From Phoronis australis (lineage: Eukaryota > Animalia > Phoronida), in contig NMRA01000031.1 in NCBI GenBank assembly GCA_002633005.1, positions 1,318,858 to 1,382,857 of the forward strand: a stretch of 64,000 bases of DNA, given 5' to 3'. The translations under genes were made by a program, and so were the position numbers. The notes beneath the pieces are model-generated. The model was not told where the DNA came from. It made no database searches and worked only from the letters and a program-made list of their open reading frames with translations. Positions 24,086 to 35,801 of the stretch are shown piece by piece (positions within the stretch are counted from its first letter, which is position 1; each line of letters opens with the position of its first letter).

Positions 24086-25099
24086 GAGGGGGTAGGTGTT
24101 GCCCAAGGCTCAGCAGGCGGGAGATGCATCCCCAACTATAGGCAATGACCATCGCCTCTGTTGTCTGCTTCGGGCCAACAGAGGCGATTGTCATTGCCTA
24201 CCCCAACTCAAGCCAAGGCCTATGGTTTTATATTTAAAACCACATCCCATTTCTTATTTCTAGCTTTTTAAAAGTGATTTTAAGGCTAATTGGGTAGTCT
24301 CTTCTTCATTGTCGCCTTCACAATATCACAGGCATTATAGGCCTGTGACCACAGCACAGGCGTCCTTAGACAATTGCCATCGTCTGTGGCTGGCCCAGCA
24401 CAGACGATGGAGCTCCTATAGTAGCTTGATACGCCGGAAGCCTTTTGGCGAATTATGCCTCGCACTGACTAAAACATCAAAGTCACTTTGTTATAAATTA
24501 TATCTTTTGTGCCTAGAGGGACACCTTAGGAGGTCGTCGATGTATTTTAGTCCTTCCAACTCGTACAAATACTCCCGTTGTCAAACTTTTTCTTCGACCA
24601 GTCCCTCGTTCAGTTCCCAAAATCGGTAACTCGCCATTTTCACACTTCGCACGCTAGGGGATACATAGGTCTTGCCACCTGACGGGCGCAGTGTTGAAAA
24701 TGGCGATAGGAATTATGAATAGGCATTCCACTTAATAATATTATGGACTTTTTCAAATAGCCTGAAGTACATATTTATAGGCGTTAACTTTTTCTGTCAC
24801 TTTATGAGTATTGATGAGTGTAGCGTCGCTAAGTTTATTCATTGTTGAAGTCTTATATTTAACTTGTTTTGCCGTAAACTCGGGAACCAGGAAATGCTAA
24901 GGGTCCATTGTGAAAGAATAGTTCTCAAAGTTAAATTAATGTTGGCATCCTTCACATTTCTCCACCCTTATATGTTCTTTCATTTGTAAGATACAGGTGA
25001 GATTTTTCTTCTTAGTTACTGTCCTAAATATACTATTTGCACCAGGAATATAAAATTTGACGTTTTCCTATTCCTATTGACAGGTAGTCTGAGGAGACC

Positions 25100-28000
25100 A
25101 TGTTGAACCTTAGCCGCCAGATTTGCAGAGCTTCACAATGGGCTTTAAAGGCACCGCACCTGTTCAGTCTTTCCTGCCCAAGATGTGATGGTTCTAAGGC
25201 TCTCGTGAAATTACGCTTACCTGTGCCGAACACTTACACACGGACTGGGCCTTGCCTACGTCCTTTCAGCACAGCAGAGACTACTGATAGTTTGGACACT
25301 AGTGATGGCCATTCCAATCCTTTCATAACCACTGAATCTAGTCCAGTGCAACACAGTGCATTTGACAGCCCGACTGAGCTATTTGCTAGTATTCACCAAG
25401 CAGCCAGCGATGACGTGAACACTGTGTTAGAATTGGTCCATCTGCATAAAGATGCCATGTTTGAAGAACATGTATTAGAGTGTCTACACAAGCTGTTTGT
25501 GTATGCATGCTCAAACAGTACTGTGAAAAATCACCTAGTGACCAGTCTGCGTGAAGATCGCCGGTTCCTTGAGTTGTGTGTGGTTTTGATTCAATTGGGA
25601 CCTAGGTTTTCACCTGCTCAGATTGTCAGTACTGTGTTTAAGATGAAGAGACTAGGCCTTGACAGTAAGTCGGTACCCCTACAAGTGTTTCTGGAGTTGG
25701 GAAAGCATGTCGTTAATGACTTGAAGTTGGTCGATGTTATTAACATGGCTGACAGTATTTGGGACATGGAGGAAACAAGTCAGGTCATCATATTAAAGGA
25801 AGCTCTGCGTGCCTTAGCACTGGCACGGTTTGATGAAACTCAAAATCTTATTAAAGTGGATTCACTCATTAAATATGTGAATTGTTTTGGCGAGCATCTG
25901 AGTCAGATGCAGGCAGCGTCTCTGATGTTTTGTCTTGAGGATGAAATGCATGATCTCAGCTACCATTACAGCCTTAGACTGTTGTCTTGTGCTCATAAGC
26001 TTCTGATACAGACTGCTCCTGTTATCAACCACTGCATGTTGAAGGTTGAAAAGAGAGCCGCTAAGAAACCTCTGTGTAAAGATGATGTATTGACTGTGCT
26101 GAGAGCTTACGGAAATTTGAAAATTAAAAACTTGGATTTGTTGAAAACATTGCTTCAGTTTATAGTGATGTCAGATGAGTATACCGTGGTTGACCTGCTT
26201 GAAGTGTCAAGATTGCTCACCAGATGTCAGTATAGTTGTTCTCAGATGCTGGATTTGCTTGCGGACAAGCTGGTTGATCCTAGTTATGATGTTTCTGCGA
26301 TGGATGTTCATGAGCTTTGTCAGGTTATACATAACTTTGGGTATATGGACTACAGCAGTGACGTAATCGATCAACTCCTAGGCTCTTTAACAAATGTGCT
26401 GTGTAAATCTTCAGAGGCGCTGAACTTATCATCTTTGATTCAGTGCCTGTTGGACCTGGCAGTGTTGAACAACTTTCCAGAGAAATTATTACAAAATATT
26501 TTGACACATGAAACTTTGGGTAAGTTCACCGAGTTTCATTACTTGTTGTTGAAGTATGTCATGAATTTTCTAAATGCAAACGTGCAATGAGTCATTATGA
26601 TAACATTACCTGATGATATTCAAAATACAGTTGGTTCTGGTCTCTACCCTGAGTAATTTTGAGACCTGCAGTCATCGACTGAAAAATTTCAAAAATGTCC
26701 TCCCACATAAATTTCATGGAAGGTCTACAATGATTTTTGAATTGTTCCAAAAAGGCACATGAGCATGGTTTGAAACCTGGTGATTTGTCAAGCGATGGAT
26801 GAGATAAAGCAAACTCTGCATTATTTCTCCTTGTCTCGGGGTACATACATCACCAATCAACAAGGCTTTTAAAATCAGAACCAATGGCTATTTTTAGCAT
26901 TCTAAGGTAGAACGATTTTGTGTCAGATTCATGACTATGGTACAATATGCGCGATAAAAGATGGAACGTGAGTTTGATACAGTTGTATTGGGCAATAGTC
27001 TGATATAACGTGCCCGTATTTTGAGAACCAGTTTGATGCCCGTTATTTAGTGGAGAAAACTGCTTCTCAAAATTCGGGCACGCTATATCTGACCATTAAA
27101 GTTGTATTGCTATTATCAGGAATCTCGAGGCTTATTTGAGGCTTATTTAAGTCGCGTAAAAAAATCTTGCTCTATTTCTCTATTGCTCGGGTTTAAGCGC
27201 ACTTCTAATGTTTTTCTTTCAGACAAGATCAGCGAACCTACTCTCCTTGACGACTGGCTGTTATTGCGAGAAGTCACATATCAGCGATCTAACATGGCAG
27301 ATTCTTTGTAAGGCGTTGAATGTCACAGGCTTCTATATTCTTAGCACCAAGAGGTGGTCCTACTTGTACTTATTTGGAGATGCTGCTGGATATCTACCGT
27401 GTTCTCTAAGTTTATTTCGTGTCAAAATGATTGCCAATTTTTCTACTTTTCAATTGCTGATTTTTTGCTGCAAATAATTGTAAGTTTGTGAAATGTTGTT
27501 TTACGGCATTCCCACTCCACAAACCAAAGGTAACAGGAGACAAAGAAAGTTCTTAATATTTGTTTTTGTTGCAAAATTAGCCATTTAAAAAAATTCCATT
27601 TGTTCGCCATGTTGCTAAATTGGTGAAGAATTGCCTTTTTTATGACTACCGAAATATACCCCTCCTGGCGTTTAAACAAACTTTGACCTTAATTGTCAAA
27701 ACCTTTTCCAAAAATCTGAAACAATATTCAGTACATTTTTGTGCATCAAATCAATTGGAGTGGTTCCTTGACATGAGCAAAATGGCCGGTGGTGTTTTGG
27801 TTTGATCCACTTGCTCAAATTTATATGCACATGATAAAAGTCATGAGTCTAGCTAGAAACATGTCCAAACTTGGTTAACTTTAAAACAACATGACTGATT
27901 GCACTCCAGTGAAATTTTCATGTATTGTACTTTTTGCTCATTCTCCAAAAAGTTGTTAGACATTATTGTAGTTTCAGTACTTTTGGGATACCTTTGAAAC

Positions 28001-31000
28001 AAAAACAAAAACAAATCACATAAAACAAAAGACGAGAGATAATTTTAGATTTCGTGTTGTGCATTTTTGTGAAATTTGCTTATGTTTGATACTGTTTTTT
28101 GATGTTTTTGTTTGATACTGTTGTTTGATACTGTTGTTTGGCTACCAATGTACCATTCTTTGTTTTTTTTGGTTTTACTATAAAAACAGGTGGCACACCA
28201 TGGGGGTGGGGGGAGGGGGGCTATAGCCCACTTACTTCAGTGCATGCGCCGCCCATGTGTAAAGATATTGTCAAATGTCATCGTTAATGGCAGATTGTTT
28301 ATAAAGTCAACAATCAAATTCCACAGTCTTCCTACTTTCGGTTAAATTCTACAGATGTGTATATATTTCACTAAATGCACAGATTTGCCATTAAAACAAC
28401 AACGGTTTTAAAACTTGACATGTTTCGGTGTCATTTATTAAACACCATCCTCAGAAGTCATTATAAAGTGGCCACCTAGCTAGACTGGTCTAGTTCATTG
28501 GCACTCCCTGTAACTGACTGTTTCTGTGCTTCATTACTTGTTGCTGGGCCTAGCTAAGTGGCCACTTTATAAAGACTTCTGAGGATGGTGTTTAATAAAT
28601 GACACCGAAACATGTCAAGTTTTAAAACCGTTGTTGTTTTCGTGAACATATGCTGTTACTTGCTATCATGGAGATTTGTCATTAAAGTCTCACATAACCA
28701 TAAGGAGGAAGTCATTTGGTATTGCTAGCGAGACGATAGTCTTCCTTGAACACATGCGTGCTTTCTGATAATCACGACCAGATAATAGTAACCTGCATGG
28801 GTCCTGCATTTTGAGAACCTGTTTTCTCCACTCAATAACGTGCAACGACTGGATTCTCAAAGTACCAGGCAGTGCCGTATTGGTAAAATTAGAGGTAAGT
28901 AGGCCCCCAAAGCCCACCGTATCACCTTGAGCACTGAACGTAACTTACGGTGGGTAGGTGCAACATTCAAATGCCAAAAGGTGGTTGGCTGCTCCTATGT
29001 GCGCCTATGCCCCACTACAGCACCGGTACCAGGCCTCAGTGACTTATTGCTCTTGAATATCTTTATATCTGTGTTATTGTGTTTTCAGGGAACCCCTTAA
29101 TAAAGTACCAGCGGAAGTCATGTTTCCGTGGCACTTCAATCGCCTGCAGAAGTGTATTGTGCCCAGTGCACCCAGTCTTGATCATGTTGTTATCAATGTG
29201 TTCACTGATCAAGGGCTTCACATTGGTAAGTACTGACAGCGCAAGATAGGTCAAAGGTGAACTCATTCACAGCTGCCGTGGGCACGCCTTCTGTCAGAAA
29301 CATAACAAAAATAACTGTTCTTTGTTATGAAATTAGACTGAAATTGTCCCTTGTTCATATTATGTGTGATTTCTGTGCTTGGAAAGAGCTGATTTGTCAT
29401 TTTTGCTGAGATCAGGGTTAATTAATTGGTCTGGCCTAGCAGGTTTCTTATGTGCGGAGCATGACCTCCTAACGAGCTGTCACTTCTTGCCAAACCCACG
29501 CAATATTCATTTAATTTAAGGCAAAATGAAGTATGGTTGAACCTCATTACAATGTGCATTTGTAAAATTTGTATGTTATAATGATGGTTGTAACTACAGT
29601 TAAGTTGCATACATTAGGCATAATCAGGAGTTGGAAATTTATCACTTTTAACATTCTAAACAGGTTACATTGTAACAGGATTCAACTGTAAGATCTAAAG
29701 GGTGTGTTTTAGAATATACCATGGGTGGCTATAATCAGAAATGTAAGACATCAATCATGTCACACATTAACATATTCATTAATTACACATCGGCATATAT
29801 GCGTGTAGAGTCATATAGCCATTGCATTGTCTGAGCGTACGCCATTTATGTAGGACCTATTGACAAGTCTTGCATTTAGCTGACGTTAATTTTTGGAAGT
29901 TCTGGCCACTGTACCGCCTCGTAGCGATCTTCTTAATCCTTTGCAGAATTTTTGTGAAATTTGACAAGTGTTTTCATCTGAATGTGACAATGGATGACCA
30001 TGACTGTGAGACAGAACTGACGACTGCTGCTCCCCCTAGTGAGAATTTTAGTTTTCGTGGTTACCTCTGTATCTTCAGGTTCATTGACGGTTTTTCATGA
30101 AAGTTTCCAAATAAATTTCAATTATGGCGACAACATCACCTTTCCAGTTGAGACAGACTTTATATTCTGCAAGTCCTAGTGTTCATTATCCAACAATTAA
30201 AATCATTCTACAGGCGGTATTGCTCTCTGCGACTGCCTTTCTGGTGTTTTAATGTATTGATACTGAGTTTTATTCCTTTAAAGAACCTAATTATGTCAAG
30301 CTGAAACTGCAAACTTCAGATTGAAATGAATCAAGTTAGCGATGGCGAATCTTCCTGTTGCTTCAATCATTGAGCATCGCTCTGCCAAGGCTTTTAAGCG
30401 GGTTAATTGAATAAGCAGTTAATGACAGTACATGGATTGATGACATTGCATGGACTGATGACAATGTATGGGTTGATGACAGTGCATGGACTGATGACAA
30501 TGTATGGGTTGATGACAGTGCATGGGTTGATGACAGTGCATGGGTTCATGACAGAGCATGGATTGATGACTGTGCATGGATTGATGACAGTGCATGGATT
30601 GATGACAGTACATGGGTTGATGACACTGCATCGACAGACCCAAATGTTGAAACACTTCTAATTGCGTCAAAATATCTCAGAAGTACTGACACACTTCAAT
30701 AAATCACATTTTGGGTGGGTGTTTACCTTCAGATGTCTTGTGGTATCTCAGGTTAACCTGTACTGTTAAAATGGAACTTGCATGCTTATTCAATAACTCT
30801 GTGGTTGCTTGGCCAAATTAGTCAGAAGCACAACATACAGCGACGATGTGAATATTAAAGAGGTTGAAATTTGCCAAATGTTTTGAAGAACAAGTTTTGT
30901 GGCGAAAATGATCTTTTGCAAATCTCTGAACTGGGTCCAGTAAGTATCGTGACGTGATGCTGGGGAATAGCACTGTATAATGGAACATCATTTGTGCGAA

Positions 31001-32506
31001 ATTCACCTATTTGCAGAATTTTTGGTTTTCACATTTTACACATTCTCAATGAATGCAACTGCAATTTGTTTAGTGTAGATTATGTTAAAATAGCATTGTT
31101 TTTTAGTTCCTGCTGTACATTAGGATTGTTAGGAGTACGCAAATACATCTTTAAGGTGTCTCCTTGTATTCTAGAATACCTTCTGGGCCTGGATGTTGAT
31201 GGTTGCTATGCAGCCATACACCAGTCACCCTACACAGAGCTGAAGGAAATGAAGGACAGTGAACCAGTCAAGATGTCAGAGCTCAATTTGCCAGAGCATT
31301 TGCAGAGGTGAGTACGATTGGTTCCCTATAGTAGCTGACAGTTAGTGTCAAATAGCTATTCTAGCACTGTTGAAAGGTGGTCTAAACCACTCTTGTGATG
31401 CTACATCACAGATGTGATCACTACATTTTACTAGAGACTTGACATTGTTGGAAATTCGAAAGTTTACACTCACACCAAAATGGTCGGATAAGGAAAGTGT
31501 AAAAACTTGTAAAATGTGGAAGTAGCCAAGCTGAGACTAATGTCCTTTGTGACTACAGTGGAAGAAAGTGCAAAAACATGTCAGCTGCTGGCAGGTTAGC
31601 TACTCTGTCCAACACTGTATTAACCTGGCCTCAACTGATGTTGATTTTGGATCATATACTACTGTGGAGTCCCCTAGTGGCAATTCTGTTCGCCTTTGTG
31701 TTTGTCTTGAAATCTATCAAGTTTCTTCAAGGATGTTCATGAACTTTGGTGGGAAATATGTTACGGTAAATCATGTCGATGACATCACAAGCCCTGTTGC
31801 AGACGGATTTGATTTACATTGCGCCCCCCTGGTGGCCTTTTTATTGTTATTTGTCTGTTCTTTATCACCTGTCTCCCTTTGCTCCAAATAATGTGTGAAT
31901 TCATAATGAAAGTTGGCTGAAGTCTATCTTTGTTTTCATTCTCTAGTGCCTAATTTAAATCTAGTAGCATTACTGCTTTTAGTGCTGATGTCTAAAATAC
32001 TGATCACCCCTTATATCTATACTGTATGCGGCACAAATGGTGGGTGCATGTCAACTCTGCATTGCTGTTGTTTGATCTGTTGTTCTCCCAAGTTACAGTA
32101 ATAACAATAAGATATCTTGCAACTATTGCAATTCATTTTGGAAAAAATGCAGCTTGCAGCACATTTTTCAAACTTTTCACGTGTCTATGATGGTAGTGTG
32201 GTTTGGCACGCAGCGCATCTTATTTTCCATGTTCACTGTATTTGACTAAATGGTGACTGTTTGTGTTCCAGGGTTGCAGTAGTGTCTTTTCCAAGATCAG
32301 GTGTGATTCAAAATACAAGGAAACTGAGTGGACGGAACAGACTGTACATAGAAACCTTGCAACACCTCGGATATCTGACCATTCCCATTAACAGAGATCA
32401 CTTCTTTTCCCTGTCAGAGAAGGAGAGATTGAAGTATATCAAACGAAGGTTAAAAGCACCTTGGAGTTACCAAGAGCTGCAATGGTTTGGAGTTGGTGGC
32501 TTCTAG
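25100..32506 (+). CDS. Mitochondrial FAST kinase domain-containing (FASTKD family, RAP domain) RNA-binding protein, about 669 aa
   Basis: Exons 25100-26519, 27223-27307, 29089-29225, 31175-31307, 32272-32506; GT-AG, phases compatible, 2010 nt open. Arg/Ser/Leu-rich transit-peptide-like N terminus, helical repeats, FAST-like LLDLAVLNNFPE, and RAP-like RVAVV...LSGRNRLYIETLQHLGYLTIPI. The paralog (FASTKD2-like?) cannot be assigned by eye. Confidence 0.8.
26998..27093. mobile_element. Small fold-back (hairpin) MITE, family C
   Basis: gtctgatataacgtgcccgtattttgagaaccagttt pairs with aaactgcttctcaaaattcgggcacgctatatctgac. Related units occur at 47548-47702. Confidence 0.7.
28411..28459 (-). ncRNA. 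Minimal type I hammerhead ribozyme motif (inverted copy)
   Basis: Reverse complement of the 28572-28623 motif with an identical core. Confidence 0.7.
28572..28623 (+). ncRNA. Minimal type I hammerhead ribozyme motif
   Basis: aagactt-CTGAGGA-t-ggtgt(ttaataaatg)acacc-GAAA-catg-TC-aagtttt. Conserved core, stem II GGTGT/ACACC, palindromic mini stem III (ACATGT), GUC cleavage triplet, stem I aagactt/aagtttt. Confidence 0.75.
30419..30631. repeat. 18-bp minisatellite, about 12 copies
   Basis: Unit ttgatgacagtgcatggg/a in tandem, inside a FASTKD intron. Confidence 0.95.
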
Positions 32507-33214
32507 CAGGAAAAAGGTGGAATGTTGTCATTTTCATCACCAAACACCTTCAGATTTTACATGGACTGTTCAGAGGTACAATGCCTGCAAAGTAGACTGA
32601 AAGTTTGTATACACAGTAAGGCCAACCTTTCTAACTTCATCTTGTTTTTTTCTTGAAATTTGCCATTTCAATATTTTGGCTGAATAATACACTCCAATGG
32701 TGTTTTTCCATGGAAAAGGAGCACGGATCGATGGTACATCCCCTTGGCATGGTTGGAACAGAACTCTTCATTTTATACTGTATGGAAGGGCTGGAGTTGT
32801 ACCGCATCTTATGTCATAAATATGCCTTGTGAACCAGCATATATGATAAAGAACAACCAATGAAAGCAAGCTGATGTTTTATTACAGAACAAGCCAGTAA
32901 AACAGGCTGACAGCAGGGGCACTAAGCAGGATACCTGAAGCAGGAAATCGTCAATTTCTTTGAAGTGCGATTACCTCATGCGTTGCATACGCAATGCTCT
33001 ATTCTACAGTTCTGGTCCCACACTAAATGGGAAACATTGTGTAATAACTTTAAACATAAATCGATGACAAAATATCCGGACGTGTTCACTTGAAAAAAGA
33101 TTAAGCTGTGAACAGTAATTGGACTACACTGCAGTTTTCAAAGAATGGCAAAAATATCTTCTAAAAAAGTCTGTAAAGTGAAAACTCAGTACTGCCAGGA
33201 GACTTCATAATAAT

Positions 33215-33383
33215 ATACAACTTCATTTTCTTGACAGGTTTCCAGGTGCAATCCTCATTCCCAAAGGTACAACAATCATCATGATGACCTTGACATCATG
33301 ATGACCTTGACATCATGCTGGTTATTGTACCTTTGGGAATGAGGAGTGCTCTTGGAAACAGGTCAGGAAAATGAAATTGTGTA
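33215..33383. repeat. Fold-back palindrome (MITE-like) between the convergent gene 3' ends
   Basis: cttcattttcttgac...tcctcattcccaaaggtacaa pairs with ttgtacctttgggaatgagga...gtcaggaaaatgaaa. The centre is a 17-bp tandem catcatgatgaccttga. Confidence 0.8.
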
Positions 33384-35801
33384 CTATTTGACTATTTATT
33401 TAACATTTGACTGTACTTCTGCTGAACAGGTCTTTTGGAAATATGATACTTAACCAATGTTCTAGTTCGTCTAGTGCATTTTGACAGTAGGAAATATTGG
33501 CTACAACTGTCCAAGTTGTGCAACTCTCTCCTCTACCTGACAGTTACAATTCAACAAATCATTCTCTTGAACCATTCTTGTTTTTGTGAATAAAATGATT
33601 TTTAAGCCGATATTTTTGCAACGTTTAAAAACACCTGTCGAAAGTGAGACATAAGTAAACCACACATTCATGTTCAGTGCACAGCTAGTACAAACTGTTG
33701 ACCGGTTCATCTAAACTAGTTGACCAGTCCACTGTTATGACACAGCTCTAATATCACAAATGCTATATTTATAATTTCTAATAACATCAGTCGTATTTTT
33801 AAGTATAGATTTCTCGTAGAAACAATGCACGCATTCTTCAGTTAACAAAATTTGTACACAGAGTTAATTGGTACGCCATACAGATTGAAATGTTAACTGA
33901 GTACGTGGCGGACATTTCTTTACAAACTCCATAATTTACTGACATAAATTTAATAAAAACAGTTTAAAAATAGCCATATAGAATGGAAGACACAAAATAG
34001 CAAAAACTAAAATTTCAAAACCCAAGACTGGTCTTTTTGAAGTACATCACCATAAAAAGGTCATACAAAGGTCTATGTACCATCAGTGTTTTTAGTATAG
34101 TCGAGGTATACCAACATTGCATTCACTGTAATATCATGATTTACGGCCAAATTATTTTGATACTGGAAGCAACAGGTGACAAAAGAAATGCGTGGTACAG
34201 TGTAAGGGAAAGTTCACGTATTACGTCATTTAAAATTCGCGACTTTTAAACCCCCTCCTCACCCGTCATGATGTAAGCCCCCTTCCAACCTCTTAATTAT
34301 TTCATGATGGCCAACACCCATTTTTGGAAGAACCCACACTCTGTTGTAACTTCTGCGGTGCCCTAATGCACAACATCGTTGTGTTAATAATCAGCAAGGG
34401 GTTCAGGCAGTGATGGAATGCGGCTGTCGTTTGTCTATGTACATGTTTATAAAGTACACCTAGTTAAATATAATCGTATCTTGGAAGCGGTAAACGACAG
34501 GTCCCGATTTTGGAATTAGTTAATTCTACTAGAAAGTGGACCAGTTTCCAAACGGTATGTGCTGTGATGGACATATTCTAATAAAGCACACCACAAACTC
34601 ACCATAAGTCTAACACCCCCTCAACTTGTCCTAAATTGTAAACTGCCATCGTTTCCAAACCCTTCCCCTGCGAGTCATTACCCAATATGTGGATGCTCCC
34701 TTACCGAATTGGAAAACATTAAAATTTGAAAACACTTGTCTTTTATGATAAAAAGATGCGACCCCACACTGTATCCCCGACTGGTGATTTTATCACGCTA
34801 CGAATGCTAGTTGGTGACGGGTACTCAACAAAATATTCATTAAAATTCCAACGTTTTCAGTAGACGAACATTTAACAGATGGCGTAAAACTTCACAGAAA
34901 CGTGTTCACTTAGCAGACAGATACATAAATTATTCAGAATCTTTATTTACAATACACCATGTTTATACTATATACAAGGCAGCGTTGATGTAAAACATAA
35001 TGAATGGTGCATTCTGCATGGAAACGCAATTTCCTGACCACTTACAGAGACCACTTTAAGAAGGAGAGGGCAAATTGTAGTTTTAACTATTGCATGAACA
35101 GACTATTAAAAGAGGAAATACTTTTTTGCCACATACTACAAAATCAGTGACAGTATTTCTCACACTTTGGTACTCTGTACTTTATAGTGGCAATGTCAAC
35201 TCAAACATGTAAGCTTCAACAAGCTTTATTGTCATATACCATTATTGTTTTAATAGGACCAACATCACAGAGAAGAGAATAAAAATACTAAGAAATTTTA
35301 TGCAAGATGGCGTCTGTTCAGATTGATACAACTTCCCTTGCATTGGCATGGTTCCATACTACAAATGTGTCTGAATGAATATTGATTTTTATATTTCTAA
35401 GTGGTAATGGCATACACAGAAAACTGAACTTTGAGCTCGTCTCAACTAAAATCGTACTTATCATGAAGGTGTTGCAAATGATTTTGGTTTCCATGCAATA
35501 ATGGCCAAGTCTATGTCCCGTGACACAGTAAAACGCCTACCATCGTTATAAGCATCTAACCATAACTTGTCTAGTATAAAGACACCTTGAGCAATAGGCA
35601 CAGTAACACCTAGTACTTGTAGAACATAGCACAATGGATGCAGTGGTACCTCATGCAAGAGGAGAACATCCCAAAGTTCCTCAGTGACCTTTGATCTTTA
35701 CCGATAGAACCCAAGATGAGTGCACACCATGTGTCTACCACGAACGTCCTTATCTCAGCCATGACCGAGGATATCAGTTCTGTCTCCAGCTACGTGCCTC
35801 A

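Larger units (their letters stand above)
28393..28640. mobile_element. Inverted repeat with about 90-bp arms, resembling a Penelope-like element terminus
   Basis: 28393-28483 is a near-perfect reverse complement of 28550-28640, and each arm contains a hammerhead core. Confidence 0.75.

Noticed and set aside
30407-30670. His/Met/Cys-rich repetitive ORFs on both strands
   Set aside because: By-product of an 18-bp intronic minisatellite.
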